Of a stretch of DNA of 47,925 nt, positions 1-9,078 are shown piece by piece; the first letter of the stretch is position 1, and each line of letters opens with the position of its first letter. This DNA is from a virus (taxonomy: Duplodnaviria > Heunggongvirae > Uroviricota > Caudoviricetes): IMG/VR virus record IMGVR_UViG_3300045988_143263; one strand, given 5' to 3'. A program made the position numbers and the translations under genes. A model generated the notes under the pieces. It was not told the origin of the DNA and made no database searches. It was given only the letters and a program-made list of their open reading frames with translations.

Positions 1-60
1 TAGGAAATTTTTTCCCACCTGTAAAGCACTTTTTATATAAATCTATAATTATATAAGCAC
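1..60 (-). promoter_or_regulatory. 3' half of repeated promoter-leader cassette (partial copy at window start; continues from window end if circular)
   Basis: Near-identical to 38578..38636 and 32196..32253; contains TTTACA -35-like box (reverse strand) and TATATAATTATAGATTTATATAA motif. Confidence 0.5.
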
Positions 61-86
61 AAAAAAGCCCCTTTGCAACAGGGGCT
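61..86 (-). terminator. rho-independent terminator downstream of antitoxin gene
   Basis: Minus-strand hairpin (GCCCCU / AGGGGC stem) followed by a U6 run, ~16 nt past the stop of 102..401. Confidence 0.5.
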
Positions 87-101
87 TATCATTCGTTCTG
101 A

Positions 102-401
102 TCAGATGTTAAACGCTATTCGTTTTCCTGTGGGAAGCTCAACATCCAGGCTTAATTTGCCTCCCATAGCTTCAACGTAACGCTTTAATGTCGCCAGCTT
201 TAAATCATTTCCGCGCTGCTCCAGCTTTGTTACTGCTGGCTGGCTTATACCCATCGCCTCAGCAACCTGTTTTTGTGATAACTGGAGTTCTTCACGCATC
301 ATCTGCAAGCCGACCTCAAGAATCATCTCATCTGCCATTTCTTTAATTCGCGCCTGGCTTTCCGGTGAACGGCTGGCAATCGCCTCATCTAATGTTCTCA
401 T
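102..401 (-). CDS. higA: HigA-like antitoxin (HTH XRE-family DNA-binding protein)
   Basis: 99 aa; HTH segment SQKQVAEAMGISQPAVTKLEQ; immediately downstream of and overlapping a RelE/HigB-like toxin gene. Confidence 0.65.
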   Translation of the reverse strand: MRTLDEAIASRSPESQARIKEMADEMILEVGLQMMREELQLSQKQVAEAMGISQPAVTKLEQRGNDLKLATLKRYVEAMGGKLSLDVELPTGKRIAFNI

Positions 402-754
402 TACTTGCTCTCCAGTGTGTTCAGATGTGCTGCAAACTCATCCTCAGCTATACGCACCAGTTTTTCATAAAACCGCTTATCGTTACTTTTGTCTCCTGCA
501 CAAAGAACGATGGCCCGGCGAATCGGATCGAACGCATAAAAGGCTCTTATCGGACGGCCAGAAAACTGAACGCGAAGCTCTTTCATATTTTTGTACCGAG
601 AACCTTTTACGGTATCGGCATATGGCCTGGGTAACTCAGGTCCGTAAACCTGTAGCTTTTTCAAATCAGCCAAAACCTTTTCCTGAAGAGCGTCTTCTTG
701 CTCATTTAGCCAGTCGTCAAATCGCTGGCTAAAAAGTACCGTCCACATGCTCAA
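401..754 (-). CDS. higB: HigB/RelE-family toxin (Gp49-like addiction-module killer protein)
   Basis: 117 aa; N-terminus MWTVLFSQRFDDWL and overall pattern typical of phage Gp49/HigB-like toxins; toxin-first operon with HTH antitoxin. Confidence 0.65.
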   Translation of the reverse strand: MSMWTVLFSQRFDDWLNEQEDALQEKVLADLKKLQVYGPELPRPYADTVKGSRYKNMKELRVQFSGRPIRAFYAFDPIRRAIVLCAGDKSNDKRFYEKLVRIAEDEFAAHLNTLESK

Positions 755-757
755 TCC

Positions 758-803
758 TATAACCTGTAGTTTATATCACTAACTATATAACCTGTGAGTT
801 ATA
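758..803. promoter_or_regulatory. tandem operator-like repeats upstream of the TA operon
   Basis: Two copies of TATAACCTGT(A/G)GTT(T)ATA, each with internal dyad symmetry, directly upstream of the toxin start. Confidence 0.4.
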
Positions 804-992
804 ATTTCAAGAAAAACGGGGCTATTTAACATAATGGACGTTATCGGCACCACCGGATCACCGTTCATTGTCGGATCTAAAAAATCCGCTCAAAAGATCA
901 TGTTTTCCTAGGCGTTTTCCACCGTTTTTTATGTTGCTTATTTGTTAATGAAATCTCGTTTTCAGTTTCGCCTCATTTTCGACGCGAAAGCC

Positions 993-1283
993 CTATTTTT
1001 GTGACTTTACTCCTGGCATATGGACTTCCCAGCGACGAATCCCCATAGCTGCGCAAAAATCAGCCACATAATTCAATCCCGCCCATTCGCGGATACCACC
1101 ACGGGCTTTTTCAATGAAAACGGCAATCCCTTTTTTATTGAGAGCAAAAAGCCGCCAGCTTTTTGTCACTTCGTCCTGGGTAGCCACAACACAAGTGAAA
1201 GCTCCCATGCGATACAGGTCCAAGAACTCTTTGCGTGTTTTGCGTACAAGTTCCATAACAAACCTCATATTTGCATGTTTCAA
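993..1283 (-). CDS. hypothetical protein
   Basis: 96-aa ORF, codirectional with neighbours; no family recognised by eye. Confidence 0.35.
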   Translation of the reverse strand: MKHANMRFVMELVRKTRKEFLDLYRMGAFTCVVATQDEVTKSWRLFALNKKGIAVFIEKARGGIREWAGLNYVADFCAAMGIRRWEVHMPGVKSQK

Positions 1284-1579
1284 ACATCTGTTTTGTTATC
1301 AATGAAGATTAACCCTAACCCAGCGAAGTAACACAGCAGCGCCCAGGCTGCATACGGAATGCTGGATCTGGATGTGGACTCCTTTAACATCTGCCAGTTG
1401 CGAACATTGCGACTATCTTTTAAGCCTAGTTTTTTGGCCAACTGCGAGCCGCTCATTCCGGTCAGGCCAATGACTGCCCGAACTTCTCCACATGTAGGAG
1501 ATTCCCATTCATCCGCTTTTTTTAAACAAGCCGGATTCAACATTTTTAAAACAGTATCTTTATCCATAACCATCTCCAT
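1280..1579 (-). CDS. putative HTH DNA-binding protein (start may be an internal Met near 1567)
   Basis: 99-aa ORF with HTH-like segment GMSGSQLAKKLGLKDSRNVRNW. Confidence 0.35.
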   Translation of the reverse strand: MEMVMDKDTVLKMLNPACLKKADEWESPTCGEVRAVIGLTGMSGSQLAKKLGLKDSRNVRNWQMLKESTSRSSIPYAAWALLCYFAGLGLIFIDNKTDV

Positions 1580-1765
1580 TTATTATATCTACGATGGTAG
1601 GAAATCTTTTCCTATGTGGCAATAGAAATTTACTACATTGCGTATAAGACAAGTTTTCTATGTCTAATAGGAAATGATGTTTCTTACGTTTTATCGCGTT
1701 CTGATGGCTACTGTGTGCGTATTTATCGACGTTTATTGATAAGGCTCGCCCCTTCCTCCTGCAAA

Positions 1766-1926
1766 GCCCGGCCGTAGGCCTTATTTCGGCCTTATATAAA
1801 TTGATTTTGTATAGTTCGAAACGCGCCGTTTCGAAAAGGATGATCAGGCTGCTCCATGCCTCCGGCAAGTGCCGGAGGAGGTATATTTGAGCGTAGCGAC
1901 TCGAACCGGCGCGAGCTTTAGCTCGC
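1766..1926. repeat. cluster of GC-rich perfect palindromes
   Basis: ttcgaaacg-cgc-cgtttcgaa (1815..1835), cctccggca-ag-tgccggagg (1859..1878), gcgagc-ttta-gctcgc (1911..1926), plus ggcc-rich dyads at 1766..1800. Confidence 0.5.
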
Positions 1927-1959
1927 TGCAAGGGCGAACATATTCACAGGCAAAGCCTG

Positions 1960-2200
1960 CGTAAGTTAAATAAAGAAAGTCTTAATAAAAGAAAGTGATT
2001 TTGCATTTATTTGTTTAGTGCATCTATTATAAAAAACCATTTGCATATACATATCAAAACTGTGGATAACTTTATTAGCCGATGCCTGTAAAGGCGATAT
2101 TTTTGCTGTGTTCCGGTTTAGAGAAAATTAATTTAGATTGTTTTTTGAACAGATATTTTATTGCGACGTAGATAATCCTCCGGTAAAACCGGATTCATCA
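1960..2200. other. putative plasmid-type replication origin (AT-rich region with DnaA box) downstream of repA
   Basis: AT-rich tract 1960..2160 containing a perfect DnaA box TGTGGATAA at 2061..2069; lies 3' of the RepA gene as in IncFII oriR. Confidence 0.45.
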
Positions 2201-2210
2201 TTCAGGTGGG

Positions 2211-3059
2211 TTAATGTTGGAGTGATTTCCAGGTCTTTCTTAACCTGTTATAACGCTGCTCAACGAGGGATCGTAAATATGCAAGGTCAGCTCCAGGATA
2301 CATGCCATCAGCAAATTCCTGGCTAACCTCTCTAGTGATTTGATGACGAAGTTCGGCCTCTCCCTTTTCCCGAACAAGACGCGCAGCTCTCTCCGCTGCT
2401 TTCTGTTTTGCCTTTATCTCTCTGGCCGTCTTCCTCTGACGCCATACATTCTCCATCTGCTCCTGAATAACAATACGCTTATAATCAGCCTCCGTTATCG
2501 CTTTTTTAAGCCGTTCGCTATTCTTCGCATTGAAGTAATTAAGTTTCTGACTAACCGCACGTCTCCATGCTTGTTCAGTAATACCAACGGTTTCCAGCAG
2601 TTGATCACGAATCTCTATTTTCGCTGGCCAATACTGTTTATTCACCCGATCCCAGCGACGTTCATAATCAATAAAACCTAACGCTTTCAGTTGCGACAAC
2701 GCCCTTGTACAGCGCGTTATAGACTTGTTCCCAGCTTCGGATACGGTAGACAGGCCGCAAAAATCAGCCAACGCCTCAGCACTAGCCAGAACCCGCTTAG
2801 AAATGATGTTTACATGGTGCAAAATCGCAGCGATCACAGCATTAATCGCCCGACGACGATGCTCGTTTATCCGGCGCTTCCGCTCTGACGGTTGATTAAC
2901 GTAGAACGCAACCTCACACGTAAGATCACGCCCATTAATGCGCTGTAAAGCATCAGATAACACCAGCGGCAGCTTGTGCGTATGGTGCTTTGGAGGCTGG
3001 AACTCCGGCGACAAATTACAAACGTAAGCTGAACGTAGAGACGGCATTGGTCTATCCAT
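2211..3059 (-). CDS. repA: plasmid replication initiator RepA (IncFII RepA1-like)
   Basis: Segment GNKSITRCTRALSQLKALGFIDYE resembles the IncFII RepA1 core (…SITRATRAL…); start placed at internal MDRPMP (3059) rather than the ORF-track start at 3188, giving ~283 aa. Confidence 0.65.
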   Translation of the reverse strand: MDRPMPSLRSAYVCNLSPEFQPPKHHTHKLPLVLSDALQRINGRDLTCEVAFYVNQPSERKRRINEHRRRAINAVIAAILHHVNIISKRVLASAEALADFCGLSTVSEAGNKSITRCTRALSQLKALGFIDYERRWDRVNKQYWPAKIEIRDQLLETVGITEQAWRRAVSQKLNYFNAKNSERLKKAITEADYKRIVIQEQMENVWRQRKTAREIKAKQKAAERAARLVREKGEAELRHQITREVSQEFADGMYPGADLAYLRSLVEQRYNRLRKTWKSLQH

Positions 3060-3072
3060 ATGTTCGCTCTTG

Positions 3073-3185
3073 CGTCCACGGAAAACCAACGTATAATGGG
3101 AGTTGTCGAGGCGCCCATGGTTAATTGTTGGTTTTCCGTGGATGTCGCAAGAAGCCCGCAGATTTATCTGCGGGCTTTTTGTTTC
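3073..3185 (+). ncRNA. CopA-like antisense RNA in the repA leader (long imperfect hairpin plus terminator)
   Basis: Plus-strand inverted repeat 3074..3090 / 3127..3143 (16/17 bp), then a 12-bp perfect stem 3152..3177 followed by T5; antisense to the repA 5' region. Confidence 0.4.
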
Positions 3186-3369
3186 CATATCTGGTCACTT
3201 TCCAACCAGACACCCACAATCATAACCACGTTACGTGGTTTTAAGAGAACTCTACCACAACACTTTCGGTCATGCACGAAGTCTCTCACTGATCGAACGA
3301 TAATCCACCAGTAAAAGGATCTAAATTGGATCTCGTTTTGCGAGCATCATACTACTGGCCTAACTCCAG

Positions 3370-3924
3370 TCAATGATTCCCAGCCGGAAACCTGCGGTAA
3401 AGCGTGGATAAGGTAACATCGAAGATAATCGCTATCCGCTTACGTGAAACACCATTCGCAATAAGCCTTCCGATCTGTTCCCATTGCTCTGGTGCCAGCT
3501 TTGAGCGGCGTCCTCCTATCCTGCCGTTAGCCCTTGCCACCGCCAATCCTGCACGCGTTCTTTCAATCATATTTTCCCGCTCCATCTCTGCGACTGCACT
3601 CAGCATCGTGTAGGCAAAGCGGCCAATTGAAGTGCTAATTTTTATTCCTTCCGTAATCGAAATGAACTCAATGTTGTTTGATAAAAAATGGTTAAGTAAA
3701 TCAACAAGATGAATCAGAGAACGCCCCATTCGGTCCAGCTTCCAGACAATAACCGTATCGCCCGGTCGTAACACCTTCAGTAGCTTATCAAGTCCTGGTC
3801 GTTTTGATTTAGCACCGGATATTTTATCTTCAAAAATTCGGTCACATCCTGAACTCCTGAGCGCCTCCAGTTGTAATTCCAAATTCTGGTCAAAAGTTGA
3901 CACCCTCGCATAACCATATTGCAT
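3370..3924 (-). CDS. serine DNA invertase (Gin/Cin/Hin/Pin family)
   Basis: 184 aa; N-terminus MQYGYARVSTFDQNLELQ, resolvase catalytic domain and C-terminal HTH; adjacent to invertible tail-fibre segment. Confidence 0.85.
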   Translation of the reverse strand: MQYGYARVSTFDQNLELQLEALRSSGCDRIFEDKISGAKSKRPGLDKLLKVLRPGDTVIVWKLDRMGRSLIHLVDLLNHFLSNNIEFISITEGIKISTSIGRFAYTMLSAVAEMERENMIERTRAGLAVARANGRIGGRRSKLAPEQWEQIGRLIANGVSRKRIAIIFDVTLSTLYRRFPAGNH

Positions 3925-3988
3925 ACTTTCTAAACCGCGATTGTTGCTAAAAGCGGAAAAAAATATCGTTCAGACGACACAGAGGCAA

Positions 3989-4014
3989 TTCGCAAAAACC
4001 TCGGTTTACAGGAA
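3989..4014. other. gix-like inversion crossover site (left)
   Basis: Reverse complement reads TTCCTGTAAACCGAGGTTTTTGCGAA, closely matching the Mu gix consensus TTCCTGTAAACCGAGGTTTTGGATAA. Confidence 0.7.
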
Positions 4015-4038
4015 ACGGTAAACAGGGCTGGTAACGCC

Positions 4039-4875
4039 GTGCAAAAAAATGGCGATACCTTGTCCGGTGGGCTTACTTTTGAAAATGACTCAATCCTTGC
4101 CTGGATTCGAAATACTGACTGGGCGAAGATTGGATTTAAAAATGATGCCGATGGTGACACTGATTCATACATGTGGTTTGAAACAGGCGACAACGGCAAT
4201 GAATATTTCAAATGGAGAAGCCGCCAGAGCACCACAACAAAAGACCTGATGACGCTGAAATGGGATGCACTAAATATTCTGGTAAATGCCGTCATTAATG
4301 GCAGTCTTGGAGTTGGTACGACGAATGCGTTAGGTGGTAGCTCTATTGTTCTTGGTGATAATGACACCGGATTTAAACAGAATGGAGACGGTATTCTGGA
4401 TGTTTATGCTAATAGTCAGCGTGTATTCCGCTTTCAGAATGGAGTGGCTATTGCTTTTAAAAATATTCAGGCCGGGGATGGTAAAAAATTCACGCTATCC
4501 AGCTCCAACACCTCCACAAAGAATGCAACGTTTAATTTATGGGGTGCTTCAACCCGTCCAGTAGTTGCAGAGTTAGGCGATGAGGCAGGATGGCATTTCT
4601 ATAGCCAGCGAAATACAGATAACTCGGTAATATTTTCTGTTAACGGTCAGATACAGCCCAGCAACTGGGGGAATTTTGATTCACGCTATGTAAAAGATGT
4701 TCGCCTGGGTACGCGTGTTGTTCAATTGATGGCGCGTGGTGGTCGTTATGAAAAAGCCGGACACGCAATTACCGGATTAAGAATCATTGGTGAAGTAGAT
4801 GGCGATGATGAAGCCATCTTCAGACCAATACAAAAATACATCAATGGCACATGGTATAACGTAGCACAGGTGTAA
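4039..4875 (+). CDS. alternative tail-fibre C-terminal variable segment (silent orientation; would fuse to the constant region after inversion)
   Basis: In-frame upstream peptide …LGLQETVN… matches the junction in the active fibre gene; C-terminus RPIQKYINGTWYNVAQV parallels the active fibre's [17 protein letters not shown]. Confidence 0.6.
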   Translation: MQKNGDTLSGGLTFENDSILAWIRNTDWAKIGFKNDADGDTDSYMWFETGDNGNEYFKWRSRQSTTTKDLMTLKWDALNILVNAVINGSLGVGTTNALGGSSIVLGDNDTGFKQNGDGILDVYANSQRVFRFQNGVAIAFKNIQAGDGKKFTLSSSNTSTKNATFNLWGASTRPVVAELGDEAGWHFYSQRNTDNSVIFSVNGQIQPSNWGNFDSRYVKDVRLGTRVVQLMARGGRYEKAGHAITGLRIIGEVDGDDEAIFRPIQKYINGTWYNVAQV

Positions 4876-4878
4876 ATT

Positions 4879-5406
4879 ATGCAGCATTTAAAAAATATTA
4901 AGTCAGGAAATCCAAAAACAAAAGAACAATATCAGCTAACAAAAAATTTTGATGTTATCTGGTTATGGTCCGAAGACGGTAAAAACTGGTATGAGGAAGT
5001 AAATAACTTTCAGGACGACACCATAAAGATTGTATACGACGAGAATAATATTATTGTCGCCATCACCAAAGATGCCTCCACGCTTAACCCTGAAGGCTAT
5101 AGCGTCGTTGAGATTCCAGATATAACAGCCAATCGTCGTGCCGATGATTCAGGGAAGTGGATGTTTAAGGACGGAACTGTGGTTAAGCGGATTTATACAG
5201 CAGACGAACAGCAACAACAGGCCGAATCACAAAAGGCCGTGTTGCTTTCTGAAGCTGAAAGCGTTATTCAGCCACTGGAACGTGCTGTCAGGCTGAATAT
5301 GGCGACGGATGAGGAACGCACACGACTGGAGTCATGGGAACGCTACAGCGTTCTGGTCAGCCGTGTGGATACAGCAAAGCCCGAATGGCCACAAAAGCCT
5401 GAGTAA
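4879..5406 (+). CDS. tail-fibre assembly protein (alternative copy, U'-like)
   Basis: 175 aa, paralogous to 5435..5974 ([18 protein letters not shown] vs [17 protein letters not shown]). Confidence 0.7.
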   Translation: MQHLKNIKSGNPKTKEQYQLTKNFDVIWLWSEDGKNWYEEVNNFQDDTIKIVYDENNIIVAITKDASTLNPEGYSVVEIPDITANRRADDSGKWMFKDGTVVKRIYTADEQQQQAESQKAVLLSEAESVIQPLERAVRLNMATDEERTRLESWERYSVLVSRVDTAKPEWPQKPE

Positions 5407-5411
5407 AAATT

Positions 5412-5430
5412 AAGGCCCAATATTGGGCCT
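5412..5430. terminator. bidirectional hairpin between convergent tail-fibre assembly genes
   Basis: aaggcccaatattgggcctt perfect hairpin between the stops at 5406 and 5435. Confidence 0.4.
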
Positions 5431-5434
5431 TCTC

Positions 5435-5974
5435 TCATTCTGGTTGTTCGGGAAACGTTACTGGCAGGCTGGAGGTGTCTGTAGATTCGACTTTCTGCGC
5501 ATAGAGCATCCACTCGGTTAATTTTTGTTTATTCTCGTCGGAAATGATGCCCAGCCGTAGCTGTGAGTCCCATAGCTGGGTTTTGTCCCTGACAAGTTGC
5601 AACAGGCTTTGTTTTTCATTTTCCGCTTGTTGTCGCTGCTCTTCCTCGGTATAAGTTCGCTTTATCACCGCGCCATCTTTGAACATCCAGTTACCCGAAA
5701 TATCAGCCCGTCTATTGGCTGTTATATCAGGCAACTCAACAACGCTTAAACCTTCTGGATTAATTACCGATACATCCTTATCAATAGCAACAATAATTCC
5801 CTCTGCTGTGTAAGCTAGCTTTATTGTGTCTTCCTGAAAGTTCTTTTGTTCTTCATACCAGTTTTTACCGTCTTCGGACCATAACCAGACAACGCCTGAG
5901 TTTTTAGTTAACAGGTACTGCTCTTTGGTTTTTGGATTGCCGGGTTTTATATTTTTTAAATGCATCATATTCAA
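5435..5974 (-). CDS. tail-fibre assembly protein (active orientation, U-like)
   Basis: 179 aa; overlaps the tail-fibre stop by 4 nt; paralogue of 4879..5406. Confidence 0.7.
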   Translation of the reverse strand: MNMMHLKNIKPGNPKTKEQYLLTKNSGVVWLWSEDGKNWYEEQKNFQEDTIKLAYTAEGIIVAIDKDVSVINPEGLSVVELPDITANRRADISGNWMFKDGAVIKRTYTEEEQRQQAENEKQSLLQLVRDKTQLWDSQLRLGIISDENKQKLTEWMLYAQKVESTDTSSLPVTFPEQPE

Positions 5975-8466
5975 ACACTCGATATGTTATACCATGTACC
6001 ATTGATATTTTTTTGAATTGGTCTGTAATAAACGCCACCAATATTATCAGCAGAGTTAGAGCCTGTATCCTGAACGATAATCCCGGTATATGCGCAACCA
6101 GATGGAGCCTGATGTGTCCATGTTGTACCATTATTGGCTGGTTTATATGATGATGCACCACCAAGCCGGATATCCCGGACATAGCGTGAATCAAAATTAC
6201 CGTAATCTGATGGGTTAACACGTCCAGTAACATTTAATCCATGCCCAATTGAAACAGCACCATTGGCGTTGTTAATAGTAAGTGGTCTTAAATTATTCCA
6301 TGAGCCAAATCTGTCACCAGATGCAGTCAGCATAAAATAAGAATCTTTGCCGTCATTTCTGATAAAGAAACCATAATTGCCATAAGCAACGCGCAGACCA
6401 TTGGCATAGAGCGATGTAATTTCACCTCTTGAACGAAGACCATAAGCAGAGCTGAGTGATAATTCTTCCTGAGCATCAGTATTACCGGTCGCCCAGCGAA
6501 TTACCCCGCCCTGTACTGTTTCATGCCAGATAGTGTCTCCTTCTCCACCACGAAACTTTCTGAGATATTTTTTGCCGCCTCTGGTGCCGTAACATAAGGC
6601 CGTAGACATATAGGCATTCTGGCTTCCACTATCCTGATTAATAGTTCCAGACATAGAATCGCCATAACGGTTCCAGTCACGCCGCCAGCCAGGAGCATAG
6701 TTGTCCCCGTGGTTAATATAAGTAAATTGCGCGCTTGTAGCGCCCCCACCGCTTGATGTTGTTGGTGTGGTAATACGAATAGTCATTGCAGACTTTATTC
6801 CCATTACCTCAATAACAGCGCCAGCAAGATGAATATTGCCACAGCCCGTATCGGTAATAAGTTTATTATTGGCATATGACCAGGAGCCTTTGCACATCCA
6901 GTATGGATGATTAAAAGCGCCTACCGAATCAAGCCACTCAATAAACTGAGCTGTAGTCCAGTTTCCACCTTCTGTGCTGTAAGAGCCGCTAAAAGCACGA
7001 GCTGCACTAATATTTTTTGCAAAAGTGTCTTTACTTGGAATATCTGCGCCGTTCTGGTTTTTCTGCAACGCGCCAGAAGCCTGATTTACCGTTTCCTGCA
7101 AACCGAGGTATTCGATAACGGCGGCAACGGTCGATTTCGCAAGAATATCCCGCCCGACTTTTGTCAGAGTTGCCAGGCTGGCGACATCATTCCCCGTAAA
7201 ATACGGAAACCTGTCTGCCGCAGTAGCAAGCCCGGCCAGCGCCGTCAGGGTGGCATCTTTCGGTTGCTTACCCGCAAGCGCGTTAGTCATGGTGGTCGCA
7301 AAATTCGGGTCATTGCCCAACGCCGCAGCCAGCTCGTTCAGCGTATTCAGTGCGTCAGGCGACGAGTCCACGAGGGCAGCGATCGCAGCCATAACATAAG
7401 CCGTGCTTGCGATCTGAGTATTGTTAGTACCTTTTGGCGCAGTTGGTGTTGTTGGTGTTCCGGTCAGCGCCGGACTGTTCAGGGGCGCTTTCTTGTTCGT
7501 TTCATCCATTACCACCTTTACAGCTTTCGATGTCGCGGCCAGTGTTTCAGACGTGCTGTTGGTGGCACTACTGAGCTGAGTTATTCCCCTTACAGTCAGT
7601 GAAGCTACAGGCACATTTGTTATCTGCTCCCACGAATGCGTGTGATTGGACGGAGCCTTTCCGGCCGCAAGATCATACGCTGCCTTAACAGCCTTTGGTG
7701 TTGCTGCCAGCGTTTCAGACGTGCTGTTGGTGGCACTACTGAGCTGAACAATCCCTTTTCGCGCTGTGGTAGCGTCCTGTGCGGTGTATTTAGCGTTAGC
7801 CAGGTCATATGCTGCCTTAACAGCCTTAGGCGTCGCAGCAAGCGTTTCAGACGTGCTATTGGTGGCGCTGCTAAGTTGAACAAAGCCTTTTAAGGTTAAA
7901 GTTGCATCAGGATGATTACGTGATTGCTCATGTTTCACAATGGCTTGCTTAAGCCGCTTTGCTGAAACAGCAAGGGAATCATCTGTACCTGCATCAATTT
8001 CTTGTTCATTAGCAAATCTTGCCACCCCAACAACAGTTTCGGTCGCGGGAGGATTAATAAACTCAATATCACCAAATGTAATATTTTTAGTATCAAGAGT
8101 TTTAATTGCTATATCACTTGATATTAAAGCGATAGTAGATGATGCTTTATTTATTATTGCTTGTTCTTGTGAGTATACAGCAAACAACGTACCCTTATTC
8201 GTATACAATCCTATTGTATGGACAACGTACTCATCTTTACTATCATCCTTCGCTGTTACATGAATTGTATCAGGGGAAACAACTTTGCCACCTATTGTGG
8301 TAAGTCGTTTTATTTCGTTTGTTATATTTGTTTGTGAAGTTGACGTGACATAATATCTACTACCTAAACCAACAGAAACAATCTCAACTTTATTTGTTCC
8401 TGTTTTGTTGGCATTAACCAGCTCCTGACGCCCGGCGTCAGTCATCGTAAATAATAATTTACTCAC
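5971..8466 (-). CDS. tail fibre protein (constant N-terminal region ~7106..8466 plus invertible C-terminal region)
   Basis: 831 aa; three internal repeats of [30 protein letters not shown]; C-terminal receptor-binding module shared with the alternative segment. Confidence 0.8.
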   Translation of the reverse strand: MSKLLFTMTDAGRQELVNANKTGTNKVEIVSVGLGSRYYVTSTSQTNITNEIKRLTTIGGKVVSPDTIHVTAKDDSKDEYVVHTIGLYTNKGTLFAVYSQEQAIINKASSTIALISSDIAIKTLDTKNITFGDIEFINPPATETVVGVARFANEQEIDAGTDDSLAVSAKRLKQAIVKHEQSRNHPDATLTLKGFVQLSSATNSTSETLAATPKAVKAAYDLANAKYTAQDATTARKGIVQLSSATNSTSETLAATPKAVKAAYDLAAGKAPSNHTHSWEQITNVPVASLTVRGITQLSSATNSTSETLAATSKAVKVVMDETNKKAPLNSPALTGTPTTPTAPKGTNNTQIASTAYVMAAIAALVDSSPDALNTLNELAAALGNDPNFATTMTNALAGKQPKDATLTALAGLATAADRFPYFTGNDVASLATLTKVGRDILAKSTVAAVIEYLGLQETVNQASGALQKNQNGADIPSKDTFAKNISAARAFSGSYSTEGGNWTTAQFIEWLDSVGAFNHPYWMCKGSWSYANNKLITDTGCGNIHLAGAVIEVMGIKSAMTIRITTPTTSSGGGATSAQFTYINHGDNYAPGWRRDWNRYGDSMSGTINQDSGSQNAYMSTALCYGTRGGKKYLRKFRGGEGDTIWHETVQGGVIRWATGNTDAQEELSLSSAYGLRSRGEITSLYANGLRVAYGNYGFFIRNDGKDSYFMLTASGDRFGSWNNLRPLTINNANGAVSIGHGLNVTGRVNPSDYGNFDSRYVRDIRLGGASSYKPANNGTTWTHQAPSGCAYTGIIVQDTGSNSADNIGGVYYRPIQKNINGTWYNISSV
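7093..7118. other. gix-like inversion crossover site (right, inside tail-fibre gene)
   Basis: TTCCTGCAAACCGAGGTATTCGATAA, inverted relative to the left site; coincides with the LGLQETVN junction of the fibre protein. Confidence 0.7.
7540..7880. repeat. intragenic ~132-bp tandem repeats (three 44-aa repeat units in tail fibre)
   Basis: Near-identical blocks cgtttcagacgtgctgttggtggcactactgagctga at ~7540, ~7708 and ~7840. Confidence 0.6.
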
Positions 8467-8496
8467 GCTTAATTCCTTGAATTAACAAATTGCGAA

Positions 8497-9078
8497 TTAG
8501 CACTCGCCAATTAATCGTACATAAGACACAGGCTGACAAGCACCAACAATACCGACACCACCAGAAACATTGGCTGCTTGCGAAAATGTAAATAATGTTC
8601 TTGCCGACTTTGCGCTCTTGATACTTCTTAACGTATCTTCCAACATCTCTTTCGAAGGAACGGCACCATCAAAAGAGTTAATCGAAGCAACAATTGAGGC
8701 TGTATATGGTTCGCCAGGTGGTGATGTTTCAAACCATTCTGTTATGTTTACCTCTCCACCCAAGCTATTTACTACATCTTCAACCGCTGCCCTTGTACCC
8801 TTTATTCGCTTTGTTCGTATTATTGATTTAAAAACAGAGCGCTTTAACGATACAGGCCAACTATCCCTCCATGTATCAGCATTCCATTGCCAGGCTAAAT
8901 GATCGAGAACAACTGAATCCAGGTTATCAACAACGCTATATATTTCTGTCTTATATATTAAATTGTTAATTGCTTGTAGTTCATCATCGATAGCTTTCGA
9001 CATAGCTATCACGTTGGGATCTCTAGCTAAGTTAGGAGGTAAAACATCCAACAAGCTAACATTAAAGATATCAGCCAT
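8497..9078 (-). CDS. baseplate/tail protein (P2 gpI-like)
   Basis: 193 aa; position between baseplate J-like gene and tail fibre; gpI-like sequence character. Confidence 0.55.
   Translation of the reverse strand: MADIFNVSLLDVLPPNLARDPNVIAMSKAIDDELQAINNLIYKTEIYSVVDNLDSVVLDHLAWQWNADTWRDSWPVSLKRSVFKSIIRTKRIKGTRAAVEDVVNSLGGEVNITEWFETSPPGEPYTASIVASINSFDGAVPSKEMLEDTLRSIKSAKSARTLFTFSQAANVSGGVGIVGACQPVSYVRLIGEC

Larger units (their letters stand above)
3989..7118. other. invertible tail-fibre host-range segment (G-segment-like, ~3.1 kb)
   Basis: Bounded by inverted gix-like sites; contains two oppositely oriented tail-fibre C-terminal modules, each with its own assembly chaperone. Confidence 0.7.

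Noticed and set aside
1560-1931. 123-aa minus-strand ORF across the palindrome cluster
   Set aside because: Arg/Ala-rich low-complexity translation over GC-rich dyad repeats; more plausibly a non-coding structured region.
2211-3188. Full-length ORF-track version of repA with a 43-aa N-terminal extension
   Set aside because: The extension would read through the CopA-like hairpin/terminator region; the internal MDRPMP start gives a protein of typical RepA1 length.
3060-3314. 84-aa plus-strand ORF over the repA leader
   Set aside because: Coincides with the CopA-like antisense RNA hairpins and terminator; an RNA interpretation fits the structure better.
6907-7602. 231-aa plus-strand ORF (and 7636..7893, 7940..8263) inside the tail-fibre gene
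   Set aside because: Antisense to a well-supported structural gene; Arg/Cys-rich composition typical of a reverse-frame artefact over a repeat-rich region.
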